64,000 nucleotides of DNA from Eledone cirrhosa (GCA_964016885.1 OZ024746.1:47926001-47990000); one strand, 5' to 3'. Positions 1 to 14,153 are shown, counted from the stretch's first letter. The notes: generated from the sequence alone by a model not told the origin. A program made the numbers and translations.

Positions 1-586
1 CTTTTACTTCTTTATATTTCTTCACCCCTGTATTGCCTTATCTCCTTAATGTTTACTTCAAACAATATAGCAGCAGACGGGTTAACATGAATGGATACGT
101 ACAACAACTTGATCAGAGATGGCGATAATAGCCGCTAAATTATAGGAAGCCCCAGCTGTGATCTGACCAAAAACAAACCAACAAGTGGAATACGTTGACA
201 CACTCCTATGACATAATTTGTGGAAGCATATAAGAAGGAATCGGGACAATATTCAACCACTCTCAGACATGAGTTCCATGTTAAAACATATCTGAGGTGC
301 TTCCGATTCCAGAGTCTGGTTTGATCATTAATAGATCGTTCCTCGCGCTGATCGACAGTGAAACATATGTAGTATGTAATTAAATATGTATATGATGCAA
401 CACTGATTCTTTGTCCCTTACATAATATATATATATATATATTATATATATACTAGCCAGCACGTAATACGATATAGTGGGGGGGGGGGGTAAAGATTAA
501 GAGGGACAAGGAGGCCATTTTATAAATCCTAGAATTTTTTTTTCGGCAAAAATTAAACAAACAAGATTGTTATTTTAGAAAAACAA

Positions 587-2912
587 ATGAAGCATTTTAC
601 AAGGAGACAAGTGTACTTCGCAAGAAGGGAAGCAGAGGAAAGAAAGTTCAAGCATGTTCTACAATGCGAGGACCAAAAACGTGAGGTGTTCAGGATTGCT
701 AGGCAATGTGTCAAGGAAAACCGTGATATTGTCGAGGAGAAGTGTGTCCTTAATGATGATGGTGTACTTGCCATCACTGACGCTGATAAGAAGGTAGCTT
801 GGAAGTGTCACTACGAAAGGATACTAAATGAGGAGAATAAATGGGAGAAAGACAGTCTCCCCCACATCGATCCAATAGAGGGACCAGCAGTGCTAGTCGA
901 AGGTAGTATAATAAGTAAAGCAATCAAAGATATGAAGACGGGCAAGGCGGCTGGGCCTTCGGAAATAGTTGCTGAAATGCTGAAAGCATCTGGAACGGTG
1001 GGACACACTATGGTCACCCGGATAGTAAACCAAGTCATACAGAATGGGGCCGTTCCGAAGGACTGGCGTAACAGCATCAACATTAACTGCTACAAGGGTA
1101 AAGGAGATGCTCTTGATAGGGGTAACTATAGAGGCATTAAATTAATCGACTAGGTCAGGAAGGTCACAGAAAAAGTAATAGTGCAACTAATCAGAGAACG
1201 AATTGATCTAGATGAAATGCAGTTTGGGTTTGTGTCAGGTAAAAGTACCACAGACGCTCTTTTCATTGTACGACAACTACAGTAGAAGTACCTAGTTAAA
1301 AGTAAACCCCTATACTTAGCTTTTGTTGACTTGGAGAAAGCCTTTGACAGAGTCCCCCGCTCCATTATCTGGTGGGTGCTTAGAAAACTAGGTGTTGATG
1401 AATGGCTTGTGAGAGCTATACAAGCCATGTATAAAGAAACAGTCAGCAAGGCTAGAATTAACAACGAATATAGTGAAGAGTTTAGCGTAAAAGTTGGTGT
1501 TCATCAGGGCTCCGTTCTTAGCCCCCTACTATTTATTATTGCACTTCAGGCTATAACAGGAGTTCAAGACCGGCTGCCCATGGGAACTCCTATATGCAGA
1601 TGATCTAATGCTCATAGCTGAATCAATGGCTGAACTAGAGAAGAAATTCCAAACATGGAAGCATGGCCTAGAATCAAAAGGCCTTAAAGTTAACTTGTCT
1701 AAGACTAAAGTTCTAGTTTGTAGGAAGGAAAATAGGGCACCGGTCCCATCTGGGAAATGGCCATGCTCAGTGTGTAGGAAAGGAGTAGGCAGAAACTCCA
1801 TTTTATGTCCTAAATGCACAGATGTAGTCGGATCACAGGTAAGCTAACTAAGAATATAGATTTTATATGTGGCCGGTGCTCTGGTGCAATAAGTAGCAGC
1901 ATGTGTCCATAGAATAATAGCTCATTCCATTGCACAGATGGTTCTATAGAAAGAGTGGACACCTTCCGTTACCTGGGTGACAAAATCAGCAGTGGGGGAG
2001 GGTGCTCTGAAAGTACAGTAGCTAGAGTCAGAACAGGATGGAAAAAGTTCAGAGAGCTTATACCACTATCAGCCGCTAAAGGGTTCTCTCTAAAAATGAA
2101 AGGCAGGCTGTATGATGCCTGCATACGAACGGCAATGTTACATGGCAGTGAGACCTGGGCATTATGTGCAGAGGATATAAACAGACTGGAGAGAAATGAA
2201 GCTTGCATGCTCCGCTGGATGTGTAATAGTAACATACGTGAACGGCAAAGCATAAACGAACTAAGGGAGAAATTAGGAATAAGAGGGATCAGATGTTGTT
2301 TACTCGAGAGAAGACTACGTTGGTATGGTCACGTGATGCGCATGAAAAAGGACAGCTGTATTAAAAATGTAGGGCGATAAAAATAGATGGTAGCCATGGA
2401 GTAGGCAGACCCAGAAAAACCTGGGACGACTTGATAAATTCCGACCTCACACACTTACACCTCTCCAAGACAATGTCACTGGACCGAGATCTTTGGCGCT
2501 ACACAGTCATACAGAAGACCCGCCTTGCCTAAGTACAAAGTGAAACCTACAGTTAGTAGGCACCTCTAACAAAATACACCCCCATCCCACCACCCCCACC
2601 CCATCCACACCACCCCCTTAAATGTGAAGTTATGTTGGTAACACAACATCCAGTCCGAAACAAATGAGGTTGTGTAGGTGTCACGACAAAAAAAAAAACA
2701 CAGTCCACGCTGTAATGTGGCCGTGTAGGTAACACGGTAAAAACCTCCCATTCCACACTGTAAACATGGTTGGTGTTAGGAAGGGCATCCAGCCGTAGAA
2801 AACCCGCCAGACAGTCCTATACGAGCAGGACAACAAATCTTGCCTCAAGTGGGAAAACTCCAGTCCAAACCCATGCAAGCGTGGAAGATGGACGTTAAAC
2901 GATGATGATGAT
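587..2912 (+). mobile_element. RTE-clade LINE, 5'-truncated and degenerate (copy 1)
   Basis: Broken ORFs give [45 protein letters not shown], (Y)ADD, RYLG and [11 protein letters not shown]. It ends in GGACGTTAAAC(GAT)n followed by (TA)n. The 5' boundary is approximate. Confidence 0.9.
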
Positions 2913-2914
2913 AT

Positions 2915-3090
2915 ATATATATAATATATATTAAGCTCGACCTGATGATGATGATGATATATATATATATATATATATAAAAAACCCAACTTCAATTCTA
3001 AAAACTAATATATATAATATATATATTAAGGTCGACCCGATGATGATGATGATATATATATAAAAAAACCAACTTCAATTCTAAAAACTG
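2915..3090. repeat. ~85-bp imperfect tandem duplication, about 50 bp from the NCX donor site
   Basis: TAAG(C/G)TCGACC.GATGATGATGAT...(TA)n AAAAA.CCAACTTCAATTCTAAAAACT occurs twice. Confidence 0.7.
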
Positions 3091-3140
3091 ACAAAATATA
3101 TATGCAATAATATTCTTGACATATTTTACAACATAATTAC

Positions 3141-3299
3141 CTGGAACACTGGTGCCCAAAGCTACAAAGGAGACAGCAGTTACAGCATCTTTCAGACCTA
3201 TCGTGCAGCCAAAATGACTGGCAAAGTCACCAATAAAGGCAGTCAAAATACCAACAAGGATAATGCTCACTGTGAAGCATGCCCAGCCACCCCAGTAGT
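3141..3299 (-). CDS. NCX: Internal exon of a Na+/Ca2+ exchanger (NCX/SLC8 family), TM segments plus alpha-2 repeat
   Basis: Minus strand reads ttttttgcag|ACTACTGG...GTTCCAG|gtaatt, 159 nt, phase 1-1. It encodes (x)YWGGWACFTVSIILVGILTAFIGDFASHFGCTIGLKDAVTAVSFVALGTSVP(x), which closely matches the vertebrate NCX alpha-2 region (GTSVPD). Confidence 0.96.
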
Positions 3300-3849
3300 C
3301 TGCAAAAAAGAATTTAAAAAATGATTATAAAAGAAGATGAGTAAGCAGCATTTATATATTTCAAATTATTAAAATTATGGCGTTTTATATGTTATATATA
3401 TATATAAAGAAATGACTGAAATTTCTGAAGTATACTACTTTACTTATGATTTGACGATAAACAATATTTTTCATACAGTATAACTTTAAAAGAAAGAAGG
3501 TATTGTTCTCAAAATAAGTAATATCAATATCTTGTAGACTCGATATTATGTGAGATAATTATCTGAGATAAAGCCTTTACCACAAAAATACAATAGTAAA
3601 TATAGAGTAATGTAAATGCTAAAGAGTTAATAGAATAGATATATTATATTATAGAATCTGAACTTTAAATCCTTCTTCTGGTGTCCCTGTGGATCATCCC
3701 TGTTTGACAAAGCTTTCTTGAGACATTGCAGAGGTGGTTTGTCATTTGCCTTCCTTTAGAGTTCAATGTTTTTTCACATGAGTAACTGATCTCAACTAAT
3801 TAGACATAAGATACCATGCAGTATTTTGCCTAAGTCAATAGAACATTGG

Positions 3850-4240
3850 ATTACTCTGAGTTCAAATCCTGCTAAGATCAACCTTGCCTTTCATACTTTT
3901 GTGGTCAATAAGTAAAGTACTAGTCAGGGGTAGTAGATTAGCAGAATTGTTAGAGTGTAGTAGCTGTGGTTAACTAAACCCGTTATCTGATGTTTCTCGT
4001 TCAATCCCAGGCTTCAGAAACTAGAAATAAACAATATGTGCTGATTTGCACACAACTATTAATATTGTGGAGGTAGTGAATTGGCAGAGTTGTTAGAACA
4101 TTGGATTAAATGCTTTGTAGTTTTTGTTTCATCTCTCAGCTCCCTCAGTTCAAATCCATGCCAGGTCAACTTTGCTTTTCATCCATCCGAGATGGACAAA
4201 AAAAAAAAAAAAGTACCAGTCAAGTACTGAGGTTGATTCT
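3850..4240 (+). mobile_element. Cluster of old tRNA-derived SINE fragments (Nin/Deu-domain-like core)
   Basis: B-box GAGTTCAAATCC and CAACYTTGCYTTTCATMC..AAGTACYAGTCA occur twice (~3859 and ~4148). A-box-like TGGCAGAGTTGTTAG is also present. Confidence 0.65.
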
Positions 4241-4419
4241 TCCTCTATATCACTTTCTCACTCTGTATCCTTCTCTGGAAGAAATCTGCTGTAATCAGAC
4301 CTGGAGAGGGCCTGATCCCACTCCCCTTCCATTACAGCTCATCAACAGCTATCCACGACACCACTAGAACCCTCACCGCACATGCCCCCTGTCCACACAC
4401 GCTCCAAGCTGTTCTCCCA

Positions 4420-4730
4420 TTGTGAAGTGGTTGGTGATGGGAAGGGCATCCAGCCATAGAAAGTTTGCCAAGCAAAAAAGTTGGGAGGATCCTCAGTTGT
4501 GTCAAAGACATGATAAGCTCTCTTGTGCATGACTGTAAACGAGTGACATGACAGGTCCCTGGCTTGTCTGGAAGATCAGTAGCCACAACTTCAGTACTGA
4601 CTTGGTCTATGTAAATCCATCCAACCCTTGATAGCAGAGAAAGTGGACATTAAAATGATGATGATGATAGTGTGCTGAGAAGGACCTACTCAACTGATGC
4701 AAGCGTGGAAAAATGGACATAAAAATGATA
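4420..4730 (+). mobile_element. Degenerate RTE-type SINE/LINE 3' tails
   Basis: GGTTGGTGATGGGAAGGGCATCCAGCC...GGACATTAAAATGATGATGAT, followed by a second short tail GCAAGCGTGGAAAAATGGACATAAAAATGAT. Confidence 0.7.
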
Positions 4731-4889
4731 TTTATGTATATATATATATATATGTGTACACATATATATATACATATACATATATATATATATATATATA
4801 CACATATATATATATATACACATATATATATATATATACACATATATATATATATACACATATATACATATACATATATAGAGGCATAT

Positions 4890-5284
4890 GGAGGCACATG
4901 GCTTAGTGGTTAGAGCATTGGCTTTGCAATCGAAAGGTTGTGAGTTCAATTCTCAGACCAGGTGATGTGTTGTTTCCTTGAGCAAGGCACTTTATTTCAC
5001 ATTGCTCCAGTTTACTCAGCTGTAGAAATGAGATGATAAGGACCGGGGTCCATATCACTCCACTGCAAAGTAGTCGTGGAGGTGCCACAGCAAAAAAGCA
5101 CCCAGCCCACACTGTAAAGTTGACGTGTAGGCGCCACGAAAAAGCACCCAGCACTCACTGTAAATGAGGTTGGTGTTAGGAAGGGCATCCAGCTGTAGAA
5201 ATCAAGCCAGAATCAGTTCGCATCCCACCCTTGCAAGCAGGGAAAAGTGGACGTAAAATGAAATGATGATGAATGATGATGATA
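4890..5284 (+). mobile_element. tRNA-derived SINE with RTE-derived 3' tail
   Basis: A-box TGGCTTAGTGG, B-box GAGTTCAATTC and core CCTTGAGCAAGGCACTTTATTTCAC. The tail TTGGTGTTAGGAAGGGCATCCAGC...GGACGTAAAAT..(GAT)n is shared with the RTE copies. Both flanks are (TA)n. Confidence 0.85.
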
Positions 5285-5295
5285 TACATATATAC

Positions 5296-5471
<176 letters not shown>

Positions 5472-5603
5472 ATACATATATATATACATACATATATATA
5501 TACATATATATATACATATATATATATACATATATATATACATATACATATATATATATACATATACATATATACATATATATATACATATATGCCCATT
5601 ATT

Positions 5604-5648
5604 TATGCCCTTGAGAAGCCCAACTGGGCGAAACGTACGTAGGTGATA
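5604..5648 (+). ncRNA. Candidate minimal type I hammerhead ribozyme (U3-A8 core)
   Basis: CC-UUGAGAA-GCCC(AACU)GGGC-GAAA-CGUACG-UA-GG, with palindromic helix III ACGUACGU. Stem I is short and imperfect. Confidence 0.55.
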
Positions 5649-5859
5649 TTTTAAATAAGCATGTTTTAACGGTCTATTCTCCGATTTTTACTTTCCCACG
5701 TATATACATATATCCATATATATATACATATATATATACATATATATATACATATATACATATATATATACATATATACATATATATATACATATATATA
5801 TACATATACATATATATATACATATATACATATATATATACATATATATATACATATAC

Positions 5860-5908
<49 letters not shown>

Positions 5909-6027
5909 CATATATACATACATATATATATACATATATATATACAGATATATATATACATATATACAGATATATATATACATATACATATATATATATA
6001 CATATACATATATATATATACATATAC

Positions 6028-6325
6028 AACAACAATACGGCACAATTATTTCACCTCAATCGGCCCTGCTCTCTTCAACATCACACCAGGACACGTCAAA
6101 ACAGAAACTGACCACACAAAATTCAAGAAGTCTTTGGACAAATTCCTCCAAGTAATCCCGGACAAACCACCCACACCCGGATATGTCTCCGCAAACAGTA
6201 ATTCTCTTCTCGAATGGGCCATGGTGCCCAAATCCTGAATTGAAAGACTTCGCCAGGTGGTGCTATTAAGTTAGACATGGCCTGGGCCAATACTGGCCAA
6301 AACATTTCAAAGTTATTCAAAGTTA
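6028..6325 (+). mobile_element. CR1-type LINE family A, 3'-terminal ~300-bp fragment
   Basis: Essentially identical to 13501-13798. It ends in TTCAAAGTTATTCAAAGTTA, with microsatellite on both sides. Confidence 0.9.
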
Positions 6326-6588
6326 TACACATATACATATATATACACATATACATATATATACACATATACATATATATATACATATACATATATACAT
6401 ATACACATATATATATATACATCTGCACATATATATATATACATATACATATATATACACATATACATATATATACACATATACATATATATATACATAT
6501 ACATATATACATATACACATATATATATATACATCTGCACATATATATATATACATATACATATGCACATATATATATATACATATGC

Positions 6589-6630
<42 letters not shown>

Positions 6631-7092
6631 ATATACATATGCATATATATATACATATACATATATATATACATATATATATATACATATGCATATATAT
6701 ATACATATACATATATATATACATATACATATATATATACATATATATATACATATCATATACATATATATATACATATACATATCATATACATATATAT
6801 ATACATATACATATACATATCATATACATATATATATACATATACATATATATATACATATCATATACATATATATATACATATATATATACATATATAT
6901 ATACATATCATATACATATACATTATACATATACATATATATATACATATACATATATATATACATATACATATATATATACATATACATATACATATAT
7001 ATATACATATACATATATATATACATATATATATACATATACATATATATATACATATACATATACATACATATATACATATATATACATAC

Positions 7093-7137
<45 letters not shown>

Positions 7138-7156
7138 CATACATACATATATATAC

Positions 7157-7205
<49 letters not shown>

Positions 7206-7270
7206 CATATATATACATATATATATACATATATATACATACATATATATATATACATATATATATATAC

Positions 7271-7310
<40 letters not shown>

Positions 7311-7517
7311 ACATATATATATATACATACATATATATATACATATATACATATATATACATATATATATACATATATATATACATATGCATATATATAT
7401 ATACATATACATATATATATACATATACATATATATATACATATATATATCTATATACATATATATACATATATACATATATATACATATATACATATAT
7501 ACATATATATATACATA

Positions 7518-8373
7518 TAGTGTACGATAAACACGAAATGTGTTTACATTGCAACAGACAAAGTTAGCTATTAATGAAATAAACTAATAAAAGTGAATAC
7601 AATTTGTCTGTCTCGATATAAGTCAATAAAGACAATATTATATTGGCAACTGCCATGATTCCTGGACATATTTAAATTTCAAAATTCAAACCTGTTCTGT
7701 AGACGAATTTGAACCTCGAAACCCATTTTGTGTTTATCGTACACTATTGACTGCTCGGAAGAGCCCCTTCCTGGAGCTTAATTATTGTAAACGACTGAGA
7801 GTTTATTCTCAAAATATAATATAATGTATTGCTCCTTTATTGTATGAGCTGATCCTTAATCCTGCATAAGCGGCTGTTATTTCTAGCACCGTGAATGTGG
7901 GATAGCTAGTTTTGGCCTGCCTACCCACGTGTAGTCAGTCCTGCAAAAAATTTTTGATGTGATATAGACTAATCTTACTGGATTCCTGTTGATAAGCACA
8001 GAAGATTTGGATATCTCACTCTTTTATTTCTATTCCATTTCGATTCTCTTTATTTTTCAATTTACATTCCACCGTTGCGAAACTTATTTGGGTTTCGAGG
8101 TTCAAATTCGTCTACAGAACAGGTTTGAATTTTGAAATTTAAATATGTCCAGGAATCATGGCAGTTGCCAATATAATATTGTCTTTATTGACTTATATCG
8201 AGACAGACAAATTGTATTCACTTTTATTAGTTTATTTCATTAATAGCTAACTTTGTCTGTTGCAATGTATACACATTTCGTGTTTATCGTACACTATTGA
8301 CTGCTCGGAAGAGCCCCTTCCTGGAGCTTAATTATTGTAAACGACTGAGAGTTTATTCTCAAAATATAATATA

Positions 8374-8375
<2 letters not shown>
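7518..8375. mobile_element. Non-coding element with inverted plus partial-tandem architecture (Penelope pLTR-like)
   Basis: 7518-7725 is the reverse complement of 8089-8296 (208 bp). 7724-7825 is directly repeated at 8274-8375 (period 550). Both flanks are (TA)n. Confidence 0.65.
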
Positions 8376-8404
<29 letters not shown>

Positions 8405-8417
8405 CATATATATATAC

Positions 8418-8452
<35 letters not shown>

Positions 8453-8453
8453 C

Positions 8454-8484
<31 letters not shown>

Positions 8485-8511
8485 CATATATATACATATA
8501 TATATACATAC

Positions 8512-8582
<71 letters not shown>

Positions 8583-8599
8583 TATACATATATATATAC

Positions 8600-8636
<37 letters not shown>

Positions 8637-8659
8637 CATATATATACATATATATATAC

Positions 8660-8728
<69 letters not shown>

Positions 8729-8729
8729 C

Positions 8730-8774
<45 letters not shown>

Positions 8775-8785
8775 CATATATATAC

Positions 8786-8818
<33 letters not shown>

Positions 8819-8827
8819 CATATATAC

Positions 8828-8874
<47 letters not shown>

Positions 8875-8885
8875 CATATATATAC

Positions 8886-8934
<49 letters not shown>

Positions 8935-9128
8935 CATATATATACATATATATATATATACGGCCTCGATATGAATACCCCCTCCGCCTCCGTGGTATTT
9001 TTTTCGTGGTTATAAGAGGCTTAGCTCTGTTTCTCGACCGTTATATCGCGTGACTATCTCCCCCTCCGCCTTTTGGGATTCTTTCTCACGTCGTGTAGAC
9101 GCGTTCTTGAGACTAGTAAAATGAGGTA

Positions 9129-9216
9129 TCCTCTTGATAAGTCGGCAGACCTCGCAAGGACTCTATATCTTTGATATATTGTTTTTGTTTATGCCACGAA
9201 ACTACGTAGTCGAGGA
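9129..9216 (+). ncRNA. Type I hammerhead ribozyme, U3-A8 variant, GUC cleavage triplet
   Basis: UCCUC-UUGAUAA-GU(C)GGCA...UGCCAC-GAAA-CUACGUAG-UC-GAGGA gives a perfect 5-bp stem I, a stem II and palindromic helix III ACUACGUAGU. It lies in the island 8961-9452. Confidence 0.8.
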
Positions 9217-9482
9217 ATTTAGGAACAGTTTAGGTATGATACATTTTATTACTAATTATATCTAAATGTTTCTTCTCTCTTCATAATGTATTTTTAACTC
9301 TGATACTGGTTCAGTCTGGTTCAAACTGAATTGGTCTGTCCCAGTCATTCATTGAGCAACATCGGTGAAGTTGGCACCCTTAACTCACAGTTGGGTGCGG
9401 ATGCATTCATGTATATATGTGTGTGTCCGCATGTATCTGTGTGTTTCTAAATGTATATATACATATATATATATATATTTAC

Positions 9483-9516
<34 letters not shown>

Positions 9517-9638
9517 ATATATATACATATACACATATATATATATATACATATACATATATATATATATACATATATATATATTTACATATATATATAC
9601 ATATACATATATATATATATACATATACATATATTTAC

Positions 9639-9670
<32 letters not shown>

Positions 9671-9674
9671 ATAC

Positions 9675-9725
<51 letters not shown>

Positions 9726-10638
9726 CATATATATACATATATATATACATATATATACATATATATACATATATATATATATACATATATATACATATAT
9801 ATACATATATATACATATATATATATATACATATATATACATATATATACATATATATACATATATATATATATACATATATATATACATATATATATAT
9901 ACATATATATACATATATATATATATACATATATATATACATATATATATATACATATACATATATATATACATATATATATACATATATATATACATAT
10001 ATATATACATATATATACATATATATATATACATATATATACATATATATATATACATATATATACATATATATATATACATATATATACATATATATAT
10101 ATACATATATATACATATATATATATACATATATATACATATATATATATACATATATATATATACATATATATATATACATATATATACATATATATAT
10201 ATACATATATATATATACATATATATACATATATATATATACATATATATACATATATATATATACATATACATATATATATACATATATATATACATAT
10301 ATATACATATATATATATACATATACATATATATACATATATATACATATATACATATACATATATATATATATACATATACATATATATATATACATAT
10401 ACATATATATATATACATACATATATATATATACACATACATATATATATACACATATATATATACATATATATACACACATATATATACACACATATAT
10501 ATACACATATATATATACACATAGATATATACACATAGATACACATATAGATACACATATATATATACACACATATATATATATATACAAATATATATAT
10601 ATATACACATATATATATATATACACATATATATATAC

Positions 10639-10669
<31 letters not shown>

Positions 10670-10672
10670 CAC

Positions 10673-10710
<38 letters not shown>

Positions 10711-10718
10711 ATATATAC

Positions 10719-10931
<213 letters not shown>

Positions 10932-10932
10932 C

Positions 10933-11059
<127 letters not shown>

Positions 11060-11246
11060 CATACATATATATATATACATACATATACATATACATATAT
11101 ATATATATATATACATATATACATATATATACATATATATACATACATATATATACATATATATATATACATATATATATATACATATATATATATACAT
11201 ATATATACATATATATATATACATATATATACATATATATATATAC

Positions 11247-11278
<32 letters not shown>

Positions 11279-11391
11279 TGATATAGCAGTTGAGCAGTTG
11301 AAGTATAAGGACGTGTTTTTACTTCTCTCCCCGAGTAAGCAGCAAGTCACACAGCCACAAAACAAAACCACAAGACAAAACCAAACAAACA

Positions 11392-11645
11392 AAAATTGAC
11401 CGGTTAATACATTTTCATACATCTATATTATTATATATTTGAAAATTGACCGGTTAATACATTTTTCATACATCTATATTATTATATATTTGAAAATTGA
11501 CCGGTTAATACATTTTTCATACATCTATATTATTATATATTTGAAAATTGACCGGTTAATACATTTTTCATACATCTATATTATTATATATTTGAAAATT
11601 GACCGGTTAATACATTTTTCATACATCTATATTATTATATATTTG
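11392..11645 (+). repeat. 51-bp minisatellite, 5 copies
   Basis: Unit AAAATTGACCGGTTAATACATTTTTCATACATCTATATTATTATATATTTG starts at 11392, 11442, 11493, 11544 and 11595. Confidence 0.95.
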
Positions 11646-11660
11646 AAACCACGTGTTTTC

Positions 11661-12118
11661 GAACTTGTGAGTACATTTTCCTTTAACTACAAATTATTAT
11701 TATATACTTTCGTCTTTTCATTAATTTCAAATAACCAGAATATACATATATATATATATATATACTCATATTTATATATATACGCTTCTCACTCACACAC
11801 AAGAAAAACAAAAAACAAAAATAAATTAAAAAAAAATATATATATATTGAAATACTTAACTAAAACACACACACACGAACTTGTGAGTACATTTTCCTTT
11901 AACTACAAATTATTATTATATACTTTCGTCTTTTCATTAACTTAATTAATTTCAAATAACCAGAATATACATATATATATATATATATATATACTCATAT
12001 TTATATATATACGCTTCTCACTCACACACAAGAAAAACAAAAAACAAAAATAAATCAAAAATAAATTTTAAAAAAATATATATATATATTGAAATACTTA
12101 ACTAAAACACACACACAC
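11661..12118 (+). repeat. ~220-240-bp tandem duplication
   Basis: GAACTTGTGAGTACATTTTCC...ACTAAAACACACACAC occurs at 11661-11876 and 11877-12118. Confidence 0.9.
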
Positions 12119-12129
12119 TCAAAACTAGA

Positions 12130-13798
12130 ATGGCAGCAATAATGGCAGCAATAAAGGAAATCAAGCATAATTCAGCAGTAGGTCCCGATAGGTTCCCTGC
12201 TTGTGTCTTGAAGGCGTGTCAACACCAACTTGCTTCTCCTCTTGCCAATCTGTGGCGGAACTCACTGGATGCTGGATATGTGCCAGAAAACCTTCTATCC
12301 CAGTCTGTTGTCCCAGTTTTCAAAAAGGGAAACAAATCCCTTGCCGTGAATTACCGTCCAATCTCACTCACCTCTCATATCATTAAGGTATTTGAGCGAG
12401 TGGTGAGATCGCGAATGACCCACTTCCTTGAGAGTAACAATATGCTGAACTCCAACCAGCATGGATTCCGTAATGGAAGGGATTGCCTGACGCAACTACT
12501 GCATCACTTTGATGACATTTTGAGAGCCTTGGGAGAGGGTTCCAACACTGATGTTATCTACCTTGATTTCAGCAAGGCCTTTGACAGGGTTGATCATAAC
12601 ATTCTACTGAGAAAGCTGTCCAATATTGGTGTCACTGGAAAGCTGCTGCAGTGGATCAAGAGCTTCCTGTCAAACAGAACCCAACATGTTGTAGTTGAGG
12701 GAGTCAAATCAAGCCCAGCCAAAGTCAGTAGTGGAGTCCCACAAGGCACTGTGTTGGGCCCACTTCTCTTCATCATCTATATTAATGACATCACTGACAT
12801 CATCAAACACAGCAACATTAAAATTTTCGCTGATGATTCCAAGCTCCAAAAGGTCATCAATGGCGTGGATGACCGGATAAGCCTTCAGTCAGACCTACTG
12901 GCTGTTACCCAATGGGCAGAAAAGAACAACATGTTACTGAACGAAGACAAATTCGAACTGATCCACTTTGGAAAAGAGGATGCTCTGAAACTCCCGTACT
13001 CCCTTCCCTCCGGGGAAACTCTCGTGGCATCTAACAACATCAGAGACTTGGGAGTAACCGTGGACAGCAACATAAGCTGGACCACGCATATAAGCAGCAA
13101 ATGACATGGCCCGCAGAATGTGTTCCTGGATCCTCAGAACCTTCCAGTCGAGAGATTCCCGCACCATTATCCTTCTCTTCTCTACTTTCGCCCGACCACA
13201 CCTTGAATACTGTTGTCCACTGTGGTCTCCCCACACGAAACAAAGTATCATGAAACTTGAAGCTCCTCAAAGGGCAATCACGAAAAAGATAGATGGCATG
13301 TCAGACCTTGACTACTGGGGTCGATTGGAAAACCTGAAACTTTACTCACTCCAACGTCGCCGTGAGCGTTATATTATCTGCATGATGTGGAAAATGTTCC
13401 ATCATCACTGCCCAAATGATGTTGGCATCGCCTTCAAGATACACCCAAGGCTTGGGCCCCGTGCTATCCGTCCCATTCAAAAATCTAAATCGCAACTCAT
13501 AACAACAATACGGCACAATTATTTCACCTCAATCGGCCCTGCTCTCTTCAACATCACACCAGGACACGTCAAAACAGAAACTGACCACACAAAATTCAAG
13601 AAGTCTTTGGACAAATTCCTCCAAGTAATCCCGGACAAACCACCCACACCCGGATATGTCTCCGCAAACAGTAATTCTCTTCTCGAATGGGCCATGGTGC
13701 CCAAATCCTGAATTGAAAGACTTCGCCAGGTGGTGCTATTAAGTTAGACATGGCCTGGGCCAATACTGGCCAAAACATTTCAAAGTTATTCAAAGTTA
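12130..13798 (+). mobile_element. CR1-type LINE family A: RT plus C-terminus, with a 2-nt frameshift at ~13101
   Basis: Motifs NYRPISLTS, QHGFR, YLDFSKAFDRV, GVPQGTVLGP, FADDSK, RDLGV, RPHLEYC and SLQRRRER. The tandem TTCAAAGTTA tail runs into (TA)n. Confidence 0.92.
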
Positions 13799-13839
13799 TA
13801 TACATATATATATACATATATATATATATACATATATAC

Positions 13840-13890
<51 letters not shown>

Positions 13891-14153
13891 CATATATATA
13901 TATACATATATAGATATATATATATACATATATATATATACATATATAGTATTAAGGGTACTATTTATGGTTATGTATGCAATAAAACCTTTGATGGTAA
14001 TATATTATATATACACAAACCCTAAATAGTGAGAGATAGTCTTTAATTACTATCCTATTACCAGTAAGATAAATAACTCAATGTAATAACATCACTTGTT
14101 ATACAGAGCAGTTATATAGAGATTACAGTAATCAAAGTTCAGTTTAAGTCATT

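Noticed and set aside
200-380. Possible hammerhead (GAAACATATGTA palindrome after a hairpin at ~237-310)
   Set aside because: There is no acceptable CUGANGA or UUGANAA core with matching stems I and II.
2998-3270. 90-aa ORF as a complete gene
   Set aside because: Only 3141-3299 is exon. The ORF starts inside the exon and reads through the GT donor into intron.
4895-4965. tRNA gene
   Set aside because: A and B boxes are present, but there is no complete cloverleaf and the sequence continues into a SINE core. It is a SINE head.
7985-8100. UUGAUAA-GCA...UGC-GAAAC as a U3-A8 hammerhead
   Set aside because: Helix III is not palindromic and stem I needs bulges, so the match is too weak.
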